Positions 10,642-24,559 of a stretch of 64,000 bases of DNA are shown here, in pieces. How positions within the stretch are numbered: the first letter of the stretch is position 1; each line of letters opens with the position of its first letter. Source of the DNA: Tubulanus polymorphus. Its lineage: Eukaryota; Animalia; Nemertea. The position numbers were made by a program, and so were the translations under genes. The notes below the pieces were generated by a model. The model made no database searches. It saw only the letters and a list, made by a program, of their open reading frames with translations, and was not told where the DNA came from. Location of the stretch: the NCBI RefSeq assembly GCF_964204645.1, contig NC_134032.1, positions 7,180,275 through 7,244,274 of the forward strand, read 5' to 3'.

Positions 10642-13600
10642 TGAATTATACATGGACCTTGCCAGATTTTCAACATTTGATTTGAATCATAACTGTAATA
10701 GAGACAAGATAGCCTTTCTATTGGGCAGTAATGATAATGAAATAATGAAATATGTTCAACAGTTTATTTCTGACTGTTTCCGTATTAGGAACTTGAAACT
10801 GTTTGGTGTACTACCAAAAAAATACCATAATTTCTGTGTTCTTGATAGTTTTATAGTTCATTAAGGAGTAATAAAGTTTATTGTATTGGTAACTTTTGTT
10901 GTAACCAGCTTTAACATGTTATATGTTGTTGTTTTTGGGAATATTAAAACTATTAAAATAAGAACTATTAAAATATTCCCATACATAGATTTGTTCATGA
11001 AGTTGTTGCTCAAAAGTGCTCTTCCTGGCTTCACGCGTACTACCAACTCTGCATTAATTAATGGTAAGCGTACTGCACGGGTTTGAAAAGTTTTTGTCTT
11101 TGTCGATGTCTTTGTTTAATGTGTTGTGTAATTTCAATGTATCTGGATTGAATGTAGTATAAGGTTGCATGCAAAACCATTAAATTCAGAACTATTATGT
11201 GTGACTATTTTTGGTGCGTATCCACTATTGCATGCGGCAGGCTAAAGTGCATAGTATATATTTAGTCTGCTAGATTTGCTCTGTTAAAATGCTATGATGC
11301 TATAGATTCACATTCGTTTGATGTGAATGGGTAGCTGTTGCCATGTAAATTCCTGGACGAAAGATACCATTGCCCTCTTCTGACATCTTACAAGGCCAAA
11401 AAGATACATCAAAGCACACTGACTGGCACACTAGAGTCGAAATTCCTGCAGCTCAAGGTTAAGACAAGAGATTGAGAAAATTGTAGTAGTAGAGGATATG
11501 ATGAAAAGTGTGAATACATACCAGCACAATACTTGGAATAAGATTATTAACTTAATGAGGCATGCAAATTGTGGTCGTTGATAACTTTTCATTTGATAGA
11601 AGCATTGCAACTATTGTTTAACCGTTTTCATGAAATATGCATCTTGATATTGGCAATGTCATACCGATCTAACATGTCAACAAATATTGCCTATCGTTAA
11701 TTGTCAAGAAAGTAAGGTAAAACAAGGCTTGAAAATAATGGAAGCTCTCACTTTTACTAACTACACATATCATTTCCATGCAATTTCAGTGGAAGGAGAT
11801 AAACAAGCTGTGAGCTGAAAGTCATCTTTATTTGCTCTACACTGTAATATGGGCTGCAGTGACACAGAAGGCATTCATTGTTACGGATAATAGTACCGTA
11901 ATTAACTTGGTTGAATTGAGTTTGTTTTTTTTCCATTGATGGTGCTGCCACTGTCTTTTGTGATTGCACAATGGGAATAGTGTTTTGAAGGAGCCTAGCA
12001 GCCATTGTATTCGAGCTTTTCTGAAAAGCAGCATTCACTTTCTGGAATTAAAACTCGTTAAAGTTCGTTTTTGCCCGAGTATCTGGTTTATGGTGAGCTA
12101 GTGTCTGTTGCTGTCGTGTGACCTGGCTTACTATATTGATGACTATGCACGTGTTCAGTTTCATTAAACAGAGCAATTGCATCATCCATGTTTTTTCCTT
12201 CGTTGTGAGTTTTGGCCTCTGACATTTCATCAATTTTGCCATCGTTTATCAGACAATTTGGAATCAACAATTTTATACTTAGAGCAATAAATTTGTAATT
12301 TTTTCATTAAATATTCAGTCTTCTAGTTGTCGTTTGGTATTTCTGCCACCAGTTATCCGGGCTTATGAACCCATTTTGTGCAGGCGGTACAGCCATTACC
12401 ACAGCAAAACTTGTCCTTACACAGCTAAAGAACAGGCTCATTTCTGCAGCCATATGAAGTCTGAAATGAAGGAAGCAGTGGCAACGATAAAAGCTAAGAA
12501 GGTCCAGACCACAAAAAATGATAAACCCCATAAATGTACTCATTTTGGTAAATTCTTATTTTTCCTGTGGAAAGCAACACACACAGAACTTCGTGGAAAA
12601 TTAGGATCATTAATAACTCAGGATCTCCACCGTTTGTGTTTGCGTTTGTGTGGACCCCAAAGCAATATATTTGCTTTATACCTGTCAATTAGAGGTAGAA
12701 GCAAACTGATATATTGTTGCAAAAAACGACTAACCAAGCAAAATGTTTTGTGAATTGAAATGTATATTGATATGAATCAAGAAAGCAGCTGCTTGTTCTA
12801 GGGATGATATGTTTAAGTGTCGTCATGTGAGGTCCATTCAGTTTACAAAGTCGAATCCTTCTTAACCTATGGATTAGGAATATCTAGTAGATCTCATTAA
12901 TCGAAATATTTTTCGAGAATGCCATATACCCAGCGTAAAAAATTATCTGCCGATCAATTGTGCACCATTGGTTACCGAGATAAGTTTTTCAGATGATAGT
13001 TGAACGTCAAAACAAAATAACTGTTTGCTGAATAGGACTGTTGCTACTTTAGATGTGAGGTGTAATGTACTATGCTGCGTTTGTTCGAAAGGTTGTCTAT
13101 GGTGCACTCATTAGCATGTGTCTATTGGTTTCGTAACCAGTATGTTGTAACTCCCAATACGCCTAATATAGTATGCAATACATCGACAGTGATGGCACAA
13201 GAAAGTCATTGGAATGTGTATATTTGAAAGAGAATTCCATCAAATCTTCCAAATTTAGATGAAGAAGCAACAGTTAAATTTGAAATAATGCCCAATGAGC
13301 AGTATTGTGTAAAATGGTCTGAATCACAAGTGCGCAAACAGGTGACGAATGAAGCTCGAATTTCTGGCATCCGATCAATTATCAAAGGTAATTCTACACC
13401 TATATATCAATACGAAACTATTTACCAAATAGTGGCGCTGTGGAGAAGAATTGGGCCTTGAAATTTTGTGGGGTAGTCAATTATTGTATAAACTAATGCA
13501 ACGGGTATTAACGGGTGTGAAAATATTTATAGGGGGGCCAAACAGACGCAGACAAAATTTCAGCCAATCAGTAAGTAGGAATTCTTATTATAGACTTTTA

Positions 13601-13645
13601 CCGCATCAAAACAATTCTACAGTACAGTATCCATATGCAATCTCA

Positions 13646-13690
13646 ATGGCCCACTTAGTAGAACGCGTGGAGGGTCAGGAGTTCGAGTCC
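13646..13690 (+). repeat. Possible tRNA-derived SINE head fragment
   Basis: A-box-like tggcccacttagtag and B-box gttcgagtcc (13681-13690). No complete cloverleaf. Confidence 0.3.
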
Positions 13691-14247
13691 GTGTGGTAAA
13701 GGATATATTTTAATTACCTCCGATAGTTCCCGGTCTCCACGGGCCTATTCGATTTTGTAGTCCGGAGAAACCGGTTTCTCCGTTTCTATTCGATTATTGA
13801 TCACTTGGCCATTATTGATCACGACCCACCGGTTTCTCCATTTTCTCCATGACAAAATGGCGACGTATAGCGCTAAGTATGAATTTTACGAAATTATTAC
13901 GTGTACATACTCAATTTTTGACATTACTTTTCGGTAATGGCCTTCCCATCGGAAAGTATAAACCCCTGTCACAACTCTCATGCCTCTGAGACATTGAAAT
14001 AAGCTGTATCTTCTCGTGTAGAGTCCGATGAAAGTTTTCATTGTTGATTACGGGTAAGGGCCTAATTTACTGGTCAGGAGATATTACTGACTGAGTACTA
14101 GACAATTTTCACAATTTTCACTTGACAAGACATATTGATTGTTAAATAAAGGATGAAACAAATTTAAGTACCTGGTATTCAACCAGTTTTTGGTACCTTC
14201 TTTTACACGGAATTGGTCAATTGATTGTTGATTTATTTTACAGGACG

Positions 14248-15542
14248 ATGTCTAACTCGGGTTCGGCAGATGTTGCTCTCAAGGACTTGACAATTAAAAT
14301 CGATGGTGTTGATGTAACCTTCTCAGTTGATATCAACACGTTTAATTCAGTTGTGTTACGAAAAGGTAATAAACATCATTCCAGGCTTTTGAATGTTTTC
14401 AGTTTGTCGTTGAGGCCATAGGCCTATAGTTGAGGCATATGTATCTTTCAGAATAAAACAGAATAGGCTACATGAATACTTTTGATTTAAAAAAAAATTA
14501 AATTAAGGTAATGAAGATAGATTTGATAAAGTAAGATTCTATATTACCAGGTTATTTATTCTTTGCAGATTCGAGTGCGCTTGGAGAGATTGTGTCATCG
14601 TATTGAGAATTCAAACAGACAAATGCTAATGCAGGTGAATTCTGATTCTATTCTAAATAGCAAACACTTTAAAATATATTTTTGTTGCTGCTTGTGTGGC
14701 ATTGCTCTCCCATTTGCTGCAATATCTATGAACCATTAAAGCTGCCAGCTAATATTTTACTCTATTTCTATGTATTAATAAGTTGCATGTTTATGTCATT
14801 TAAGATCATTTTAGATCATCTTCTAAAATCTTGCAAGACTTCTAATACTGAAAAAATGTCGTCGTTATCCTGTTCAGCTAGTAATGAAACACGTCGACAT
14901 CCGCCAGTTCAACAAAAGCAGAAACTATGGAACTCAATGCCGACAGTGGTGGACGGTGGACAAGAGCAGATTCACTTCGCCTAATTACTCTTTATTCTGG
15001 TTTCAATGATAAAATTAATTCCGGTAAACTACGTAAGACGATGCTGTGGAAACAAATATCGGCAGAATTAGGAAATTTTAGTGCTGAACAAGCACGAGGT
15101 CATTGGCGTACTATCACTAGTGCTTATAAAAGGGTCAAGGACATGAAAAAAGTCGGGGAATGGGAGAGTGAGCGATTATGAATATGAGAATGATTTGGAC
15201 GAATTATTTGGAGATTCGGCAGCTAATATCAACCCGATCACTCTATCGTCGACGGATGAAAACACAAGTTTCGAAGAATCCGAAGCCGGTGGTTCATCGG
15301 TTGATCAATTGGCTGAAGAAATACCAGTATGTGATGAAAGTCTTTCGCGTGAAAGAAAAAAACGACGTGTTAATAGTTCAGCAGCAGAAGTTATCTCTTA
15401 TCTTAAAGAAGTAGATGAAAGAAATGAGCAACAGAGAGAACGTGAAATGGAAGCAGCGGAAAGAATGCACAAAGAAAAAATTGATTTATTAAAGTCATTT
15501 GTTGCAATTCTGGGTAAGGGAGGTAATGAGAATGCCTCTTAG
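14248..15542 (+). pseudogene. Harbinger Myb/SANT-like (trihelix) DNA-binding protein
   Basis: WTRADSLRLITLY...RKTMLWKQISAELGNFSAEQARGHWRTITSAYKRVKD, then after a frameshift YEYENDLDELFG and a coiled-coil tail REREMEAAERMHKEKIDLL. Probable small upstream exons (14248-~14365, ~14569-14633). Confidence 0.85.
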
Positions 15543-15978
15543 AAGTACTTGGTACAGATGTATTTAAATTCTCAAATTTCAATTATCATTATTAATAATG
15601 CACAGTGTAGACATTCAGCAGTTCTGCGAATTTGAAAAGAATAGTTTCTTGATTTTTGGATCAATGCATTATCAGTACAGAAACTACTGAATGAAAAAAA
15701 GTTGACAGTGCTCTTTTCTTTAGTTAAACTCGGAATAGTTACTCATGTCAGATGTTTGTTGTAATTGTTTTCAAAGTTTAGTTTATGTCTGTTGTAATTG
15801 TTTTCAAAGTTTAGTTTATTAGTTATGCATTGGCTGTGTTAAGCCAATATGTCAAATGGAGTACATTCAAGAAAAACAACTGTAAAAACCTTTATAACCT
15901 GTTCATGTAACAAGAGAACAAAATATATTTTTGATTTCATTCAAACATTTCTCACCGTAATAGCTTTTAATGTCATTT

Positions 15979-17470
15979 TCATGCTCCGGTTAAATGTCGT
16001 CGGAGTATGTCTCTTTTTAGCACACCTGCACCATCATTTTCCATTGCTGGAGCTACATTTTGCAGTAAATTATTCACATTTAAGCCATCGTCCTCAATGC
16101 CTATTCCTTCCAGTTCATCGTTTGAAATTGTACATATATTATGAAGAACGAAACAAGACATTATGATTTTAATGATTTTCTTCACTGATCTCGAATTCAC
16201 AAAACGTAATCTAGGGAAAAGTCCCTTTAGCCTTCCAAAAGATCGCTCTACAAATGATCGGTCACTCGACAGAAGGTAATTGAATCTTTTATGTGACGGC
16301 GTCAGATTCCCGTCGTTTCTGTACGGTATCATTAACCACGATTTACATGGATATCCACCGTCACCGATCAAATGCTGCATGTCTCCAAACAGTTGCGTTG
16401 CATTATCATAAATGTCACTATTACGTAAAACACGGCTGTCGTTTATGCTTCCGGGCCAGCCAACATAAACATGTGTGTATTTCATGTCCTCGCGGCAAAC
16501 TGCTTGAACGTTCATTGAATGTAACCCTTTACGATTCACAAAAACCTGCTTATCGGCTCTCGGAGGAGCTTGAATTTCGATGAGTACCGTCAATAGCGCC
16601 GATTATTCCAGGGAAACCATTTCGGTTCATGAAGTAATTACTGATTTCAATTTTTTCCTGGTAGTTCGGCCATTTTATAAAATGTCTGCGGAGATTGATA
16701 GCCAATGCATCGATAAGGTTATCGACGCATTTCAGAACAGTGGACTCTGTCACGTCGAATCCATCGGATATCTGCTTTAACGAGTCTTGTGATGCGAGAA
16801 ACCATAATGATATAAGAAGTTTATTTTGTGAAGAAACTGGTTGCTTTCCACGCGGAATTACTGGTTCTTCCATTGAAGGGCATGTTGCAACGTGTCCATG
16901 TAATATATCAAAAGTGAATGGCGTCATACGAAAAAGTTTCCGAAAATCATCTATGAGGTAATAATCAACGACGTCCCGGACATAGTTGTTAATCTTGATT
17001 CTCTCCGACCTCAATCTAGAAAAACATAAAAATCAAAATAAGGTAATAAAGCAAAATAAAGCATGTACATCTACTAAGTAGGGATGTAGATGATGGACTG
17101 AAGTAGGCCTAAAAGATGAAGCCTTGTAGTAGGCTTTGCTAACTGTTCTTCCTTCAGCTTTAATAATCAGATAGGGCCTAAAGCATCTGAATCATTGATC
17201 TTGAAGGTATCTGACAATGAAATTAACTGTACAACAGTCCATTTACTAACTTGAACGAGGTACATGAAAAGCTTGAAGAAAACTTTTTCACTTGCCATTA
17301 GCAGACAGAGCAGGCTAATAAACATTGGATCATTAATTAATCAAGTTCACCTACAGCGTTAATAGCATGGCCACACGCTTTCCATTATTTTCATCTGCAT
17401 GCGCTGTTGCTGGAAGCGGCTCTTCGAGCATTTCCATCAGCAAACTCAAAAAAGTTACGCCAGCCGCCAT
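15979..17470 (-). pseudogene. Harbinger (HARBI1-type, DDE_Tnp_4) transposase
   Basis: FRKLFRMT; FPGIIGAIDGTH (D1); FVNRKGLHSMNVQAVC; GWPGSINDSRVL; LIGDGGY (D2); RSFVERSFGRLKG (E); SCFVLHNIC. Frameshift near 16580. Probable first exon 17470-17351. Confidence 0.92.
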
Positions 17471-19210
17471 TTTGGTTCTCCACACCTATTCGATTATGCA
17501 CAAATACCAGAGAAACCGAATATTCAATGCGGAGAATACGGACGGCATAATCGAATAGGCCCCACGGGTACAGGTCATCAAAGCTCATAGGGTCTCCATG
17601 GGAATGAACACATAGATTTTAAATGGCCCGACTTAATTCCATTAAATTCATTTATGAAACAAACATACCATTCATAATTGTTGTTTATCCCTTAGGTTTA
17701 ATTGTGTACAGAAAGTAATGTCAAAGATGTGAAGATTCATAGAAGATTTCATAAAAGATGTGGTGAAAAGATGGGACACATGACCTTGATAACCATTCCT
17801 TCATTCGAGTTGCCCTGTGCAGAATTGTGAGATAAGGTCTTTTGGTGAGTTCTAATAAAAGGTTTGTGGTGCATATGTTTCAAAATAAGAACTTGATCGA
17901 TTCGCTGGCCCTACGTGGATTAGGCAGTTGAACAATCCAGCTAAAGTCCCTACCTGCCCAGTATTACCATCGCAGGCCAGGGAGAATTTCCATGGCAGAG
18001 ACGTCATGATTGTATTTCAATAGAACTTGCCATGATAATTATGGGAGCCCTTTTTATTCTTTTATTTAGCATGTTGTCCTTGCAACTGTATTTGCTCATT
18101 ATTAACAGTATAAGCTGGACCTCTAATAGGAGTAAATTGTAAGTTATATCGATGCATTCGTTCAAGCATTACTAACTTTGAGGATTAAAAGTTTTCTTGT
18201 AGTATCAGTGAAATGTGCATGATTACTGCCAATAACCAAGACCAGTTATTGAACCAATCACACAGAAATTCCCCGAGTCTCGTTTCTGAAAAATTTACAT
18301 GTTACCAAAAAGATAAAGCGTAAAAGCTATCATAGGTACAATAATGTGTTCACCTGCTTTTTCTTCTTTCTCACGAAAATGGCACTTTTGTATAAATGAC
18401 GATAGAAGAATAAGATTTTTAGAGAATCTCAAAACTTCACTCTCAAAGCTATTGTGTTATTTCGAATTGTCCTTAAACGCCTAAATTTTTCAAATTTTCT
18501 TGGGGAGCCCAGTTATTCTGATCTCATATTTGGCAATCAATTGCATAAATAACCAAAGGATCGAGAATTTCTCCATCGTTTATATGCGCCGACATATAGG
18601 TGCAGCAATATCACTTATTTAGTATGGTCGAGTATTCAGAATTTGGCCTTCCAAGGCGGGGACAGGACTTTCTAGGGCCAGAAATTCGTAGTACTGCGAG
18701 CTGGTAACGATAATATTAGATGGAATCCCATAAATCGGGAAATCTGGTTGGAAGCAAAGACCTGTGGCTCTAATGCTGACGCAAAGCAGGAAAAAGCTTT
18801 TTCATACAGCACAAGATCGACTGACTAGGTACTGCTATGCCGGTGAAATCACCGTCGCCGTGAATGGCCACACAAGCGATTATTTCAGGCGATTTATAAA
18901 TTTGCCACGATTGGGTGAAAAAATACGCTCGTGTGCCCCTACCTTAAGCAGCTGCAAGACAGACACACGTGTGCACACCAAGATGAAATGAGAATGAAGG
19001 TCTCTGGGAGACTGAGAACGAATAAATCAATACCTGTAGCTTCCGTTCATTATCTTATTTACTAATTCCCTTTTAAATGTAAAAATATAGAAATAATAAA
19101 GGAACCAGATGCGAATTTGAGCGCAGATACCGAGGAGGATGCAACGAAAGTGAAAGGAGGTAATAACAATTTGAACAAGTCTACAGCACCCAAAGAGAAA
19201 GCCAAGAATC

Positions 19211-19481
19211 AGATTCAAATTTTGAAGGAGATACTGACTAAAAGACTGACTAAAAAGCTTAATTTCTTGAAGAGAAGAGCCTAAAACACATTATTTACTG
19301 CAGAAATGATTATATCAAGCATTAATACATATGTCTGACAAAAGGAGGATCCAAATCAGATAACTGACAGAGAAAAATAGGACAATCCCAGCTACAAGCG
19401 TTGGAGCTCCCCACTGCACTAAGGTTTCGTGGGTAATGCGATCTTTGAAAATGATTAGTCTTTGATAGTGCTCCTCGGCCT
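19211..19481 (-). mobile_element. Truncated inverted copy of the Kolobok-type MITE at 25009-25800
   Basis: Ends ctcctcggcct + TTAA (19482-19485). The ~270 bp match 25009-25268 in reverse. Confidence 0.85.
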
Positions 19482-19891
19482 TTAAACCACAAACCTTATG
19501 CCTGCATAATAATGTGTCCCTTATATTGACAATACATATAGTCTTATTCCTGTGTAATTATTTACAACATTTACACTCGTATTACATTCGTACTACATAT
19601 ATTATTTACAGTAAGGTATCAGTTCCATGCAAATACATTGCCAATTATTTGTTGGCTGGACTTGAAACTACATGCGATATGATTAGACAACCAGCGGCTT
19701 TTGTTGTTGAAGAATCAACATGTTTTAACTTTTGGCATTTTATTTTTGTTTTCACTGCCATTTAGGACAAATCTGATGTTGATAAAAATTTAGAAAGTGA
19801 AGGATCTCGTTGAATGTGGCATAAAGATCATAAAAATGATAGTAATCAGTTGCGTGAGTAGCATTGCAGGGGCATTGATGAGGAACATCCG

Positions 19892-20567
19892 TTGAATATG
19901 ATTCCCAACGGAAGACAGAACAGAACATTCAAACTTCTTAATTTACCAGTAGCGATAAAAGCCGGTATAACTGATATTTTGCGGTTACAACGTAATTGCA
20001 AGTTAATGCAATTGTTGTCGGGTAAAACGCATTTCCCTAACTTTTTCGGTATATGCAATAGATCTATTATTAGGGAATTGATGGATAAAACGCTTTTTGA
20101 CTTGCTGAATGAACCAAACACTGATATCGCTCAAGGCGTATATTTGCCTATATGTTTGAGTATCAGTGACGCTATCGCTTTCATTCATGGAATCAGCATC
20201 TTACATAATGACATAAAAATGGATAACATCCTATTGAAAGCATTGCTGGCTGATACAATAATTCCTAAATTCGCTGATTTCGGAAAGTGCACGTTAGCCA
20301 GCTGTCCGATACAATATATAGAGTTGGCAGAACTAAGTATGAAGCCGAATGTAACATCTTGCCCCGTAGCTCCGAACGATAAGCGGGGCGAAGAAAACGT
20401 ATTCGACAGGTGTTTTTTCACTGTTTCGAGTGATTAAACATGTTGTGCACTGATATTCTCTGAATAGTGTTTATAGATACTGAATACAACACATGCAATT
20501 GAAACCAGGAAACCGAACTTCTGCTGAAGATTGCCGCCTGTCAATAGGCAATTTGCGCCACTTATGA
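19892..20567 (+). pseudogene. Intronless Ser/Thr protein kinase domain, degraded
   Basis: Subdomain motifs: PVAIK (II), HFPNFFG, ILHNDIKMDNILL (VIb), KFADFGK (VII). After frameshifts: HLAP*L (APE lost), STGVFSL (IX-like) and KPGNRTSA (XI). Confidence 0.85.
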
Positions 20568-21869
20568 CTCCTTTGTAACTGGTCAAGTGATATCAATATT
20601 GATTTATATGAAAATAGCAGAAAAAAAATGAAAATTCACTTACAAATATTATATTTTATAATTGTTAGATATCAGTGATGACTTCACACAAGCAATAAGG
20701 CTGATCGCAGAAACTGATGTACCAGAACGCCCATCACCTGATTATAGACTTTTCGAATTGAGTCCTCCCAATGACAACAATGCTTGAGTGAACTACGGCA
20801 CATTATTTTGATCATTCACCAATGAGTACATAATAATAAGCGAACTAACCTTATCACTCGAGGAAACTATGTGATAAAAGATAGATCACTGATTATTGTC
20901 CTTGATCTTGTATAGTGAAACAGAGAATTTACTATAGCAATAACTTTTGTCAATGTGCTTCTAACAGTATACCTGATAGCAGACAATTGGATTCTTCCTG
21001 TAAGCCATCCGAGAGAGCGGGTTCAAGTCTCCGAGTATGTTCGGAAGTTGCAGGTTGTACGTTCAGCAATTGTGATCAACCATGGTATGAACCATACCGG
21101 GTGTTTGAACATCAAATTGGCGCTGACCTAAAGGAACTCTTGACGCTTCTGTCTTAAGAATTTTAAAGAGTGCATCTCTACCACCTAGAGGCCCCATTGC
21201 CTCCGTATGGGTGAGGATGGTATCCACTGAATTATGCGCTTTAACAACGGGGCAAAGGAAGCTGATTTCTGTCAGGTGAAGAGAAGCGAGCACGAAAATA
21301 GATACTAGCCACGATTTTTCTTTTTAAATATTAAAGAAAGCAAAGCGGTTTTAAGTTTTAGATAAATTGAAAATGTTTAAAATGTTCATACAATGATTTT
21401 TGTCCTCGAAAAACTGCCTGGAACACCAACTACATATCTTAGCTGCGACTCAGCCATCTGCGACAGTGAAGAGTGCTGCCGTAATAAGAGTTTTTCAATG
21501 GCATAACTCCTTCTGGGATGCCACTCATTTTTTTGATGTTAGACCAGGAGCCAAACTCATGCTTCTTGGGATATTAAGATTGGAGTGTGTTGGCGTTTCA
21601 GATGGATTAGATGGAGACTGGTGATGTAGTGCTGAGGGACAAACAATTCTATCTTCTGTATATGTAAGAGAGCGCAAAGATGAAAACATGGTCGAAAGTA
21701 AAGGCAGTGAGAATTGTCGCAAGTTCAAGAAATACCATCTATCGTGCAGTTGCCTCAAACATACCAAGTAAGAACATAACACGCAATCTCCAGAACAGGT
21801 TTTTGATTAAATGAATTACTTAAGGCAAAAACTGGTTCTGTTGTGACTTGAGCCAAACGAAATCGCTGA

Positions 21870-21990
21870 TTGACTACATATTATACGGAGACATTGTTGT
21901 TGTCAATATCAAATGACAAGAATCGGAAAGATGCGATCAAAGAGGCCGATGGAGAGTCAATGATCAGTCACTGGCAATTAGATACATATG
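21870..21990 (+). pseudogene. Short fragment of a DUF6589-like (Academ-associated) transposase
   Basis: KDAIKEADGESMISHWQ matches the DA(I/V)REGDGER...W signature. About 40 aa only. Confidence 0.45.
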
Positions 21991-22084
21991 CTCGCATTTG
22001 TTCTCGGGATCCAACAAAAACCCAGGGAGGAAAGTCACCACAGGAGAAAATCCGGAAAATTAAAAGTTATACATCTGCCCCACC

Positions 22085-22262
22085 ATGCGAGCGCCGAAGG
22101 GTTTTGGGGGTTCTCCCCCAAGAAAATTTTTGAAATTAAAAGCGTTTTCCGAGCACTTAGTGCGATCTTGAGCCCATGAACGATCACCATATAATATGAT
22201 ATTATATGGTGATATTATATCCATTTCCAATGCGGCACATCCATATTTCACTAAAAATCAGC
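22085..22262 (+). repeat. Dispersed relic of the family at 34011-34740
   Basis: gcgagcgccgaa...gcgttttccgagcacttag.gcgatcttga.cccatgaacga is shared with 34099-34215. Confidence 0.75.
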
Positions 22263-22885
22263 ATCTCAAGCAGTAGAGGTCAAACCACTAAATAAGTGAA
22301 CATTGTGCGCTGTGCGCAGCGCTACCCGAATGACTGTTTTGAGTATAGACACTCGAGACACGACGACGCTATGTTTTCTCACTATATGTACTACTACGAG
22401 TGGCTATAAATAGACGTAGCCTATTAACGATCGATCGCTCACACTATGAGGTCACGCAGATGCGCTATTCTTGCAATATAAATAATCGCAACATTTCAAA
22501 CAAACAGTTTAGAATAAAGTCCAGAATTCCGGATTAAAAAACTCCCTCATTGTTTTAATATCGTCACTCGCACGACTTACTATTTTGAAATTCATTTTGA
22601 ATGATCCACACTCAATGACTGCAGAGAATTAAGAGACTCAAAAACTTCGAACAATAAACGATCTCTGCTGTCTAGACGTAGCCTACACGTACAAAGGAGG
22701 TCACGTCACACAGGTGCACGGCTATCGCCGAAAGATCGATAATTGTAACAGAAGGAAATCATACATACTGAATCCAAGAACATGTCTATCCCACTTTTGA
22801 GCTAAAACGTCTACTTTTACTTAGTAGCCACTTGCGAACAATAAGCTACTTTTCCAGTAGTATACGTTTCAGAATAGTCACTTTC

Positions 22886-23163
22886 AAATAGTACACTTTC
22901 TAAAACGGTTAGTTCTCGAAAGTCTCTGGTTGTAAAACATGTGGTATTCAGAGTCTACGATTCGTATTGTACACTGTTAAATAGTATACTTTCTGAAACG
23001 GTTGGTTTTCGAAAGTCTCTGGTTGTAAAACATGTGGTATTCAGAGTCTACGATTCCGTATTATACACTTTTAAATAGTATACTTTCTGAAACGGTTGGT
23101 TTTCGAAAGTCTCTGGCTGTAAAACATGTGGTATTCAGAGTCTACGATTCGTACCGTATACTC
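22886..23163. repeat. Tandem repeat, 3 x ~93 bp
   Basis: Units starting aaatagta.actttct at 22886, 22979 and 23073; nearly identical and contiguous, no spacers. Confidence 0.92.
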
Positions 23164-24201
23164 TGATTACTCGAAGGCATATGCTAGCTAAGGTGGATAT
23201 ATTCCTTGAATCAACTGTGCTTTTGTCTATCTGCCTAGATCAACCATAGCGAGTCAAACAATTACAGAAAGAAATGGCTAACGTCACAAAAAGAATGAAT
23301 TTTTGACGTTTTGGTCAGTTTATATCTAGCAAAATCAATATTGACATCATTATTCTGGTACTGGCAATGCATTGGTAACTCATTTACAAAAGATGCTCAG
23401 TGTCAAAACATCTGCTCACATGCTAAACCTGCATCATTATAAATCACGTGCTTGCCACTGTCGGTTTTATAGTCAGATTTGAAACTCCATCAGAGAGAGA
23501 AAGACTCCAAAGACAAAACACTTATGCGTGAAAAAATACATGTAAAATCTTCCAAGATTTGAGAGTTTTGACAATGGAGGAAAGATAAAGGTGCAACAGC
23601 TTAAGAAACCGGAATGAGCAAAGAGAATTGGGACTTGCCCTGTCTTGAAATTTCTATCGTTAATTTTGTGAAATAAGAGGAATTCTTGAAAATTGTCCAG
23701 CGAACATTTATCTGGATCAATGTCTACCAATCATCATTCCGAACTGATGCTTGGCTCTATCGCTGATTCTACCTGATTCTATATACACAACACCATGACT
23801 GAACTAGACACATGGCACTGCATGGACTTTGAAACAGGTCACTACTGCAAACTGATACCTCCGTGGTTGAGCAGCCCGAATTTTTGTTTCGATCCGAAAA
23901 TGCTTATCAGAGGTCAATCGAAGATTCAGAAAGAATCCGTTTCAAATCTTCTTTAGACAAAACAACAGTGTTCATGTTGATATATGATTTTGAGAGTTTA
24001 TTGGAATTCTCTCAAACCCAAGAACAGAAGAAGAAAACGAATGAAAAATATGAAATGTACAATTAATGATTTCATTATTTATGACGAAAGAGAAACTGCC
24101 ATTACTATGCTCGTAATACTTACTACAATGAATATAGAAAATACAGTGAACACAATCAATCAGGAAGTCTGAAATCTGATTCTGAATATCACCACTAACA
24201 A

Positions 24202-24559
24202 TTAACCGCGTTCAAAGAACTGCCTCGATTTTAGTATATCAGCCTTCATCCTTTCCATGGCCAGGGCAGCTTTCGCATGGTGTTCAGATAACTTAATTTT
24301 AGTTTGGCCATCATCCGTAGCTACTTTCTTGTTGTTCAATAAGTCGCAAGTAAGGCAGGTATCAGTCCATGGGCTTCGAAATGAAAGGTTCATTTTATTG
24401 AAAATTTTCCTGTAGATGGATAGCGTTACGGGACGGTGATTAGTAAAAATCCCTTGTATAGTTCTACCACATTAAGATGGGATGGTAGATATTTCTTGTT
24501 TGTTGAAGTACGACCATAGTGACTCTCTGTCGGTTCATATGATTGATGTGATCTTCAAC
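24202..24559 (-). pseudogene. Sola1-type transposase N-terminal fragment
   Basis: Reading across frameshifts gives HIN..EPTESHYGR...KKYLPSHLNVVELY...IYRKIFNKMNLSFRSPWTDTCLTCD, the SHY / YL / LSF..P..DTC..C signature of Sola1. Preceded by a ttcag acceptor. Confidence 0.7.

Larger units (their letters stand above)
13741..17562. mobile_element. Full-length PIF/Harbinger DNA transposon (3822 bp), decayed ORFs
   Basis: Perfect 14-bp TIRs GGGCCTATTCGATT (13741) / AATCGAATAGGCCC (17549-17562). 3-bp TSD CAC (13738-13740, 17563-17565). Subterminal ctattcgatta repeats. Convergent Myb/SANT and HARBI1-type transposase genes. Confidence 0.95.

Noticed and set aside
10652-13450. Short ORFs between the first ISL2EU and the Harbinger
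   Set aside because: Some pieces look like decayed exons, but I cannot assign a family or build a consistent gene model.
18680-18991. KFVVLRAGNDNIR as an SGNH-esterase-like LINE ORF1 motif
   Set aside because: A single weak motif with no supporting blocks or adjacent endonuclease/RT sequence.
22886-23163. CRISPR-like array
   Set aside because: Contiguous 93-bp units with no unique spacers, eukaryotic context and no cas genes. The same applies to the arrays at 42162 and 42771.
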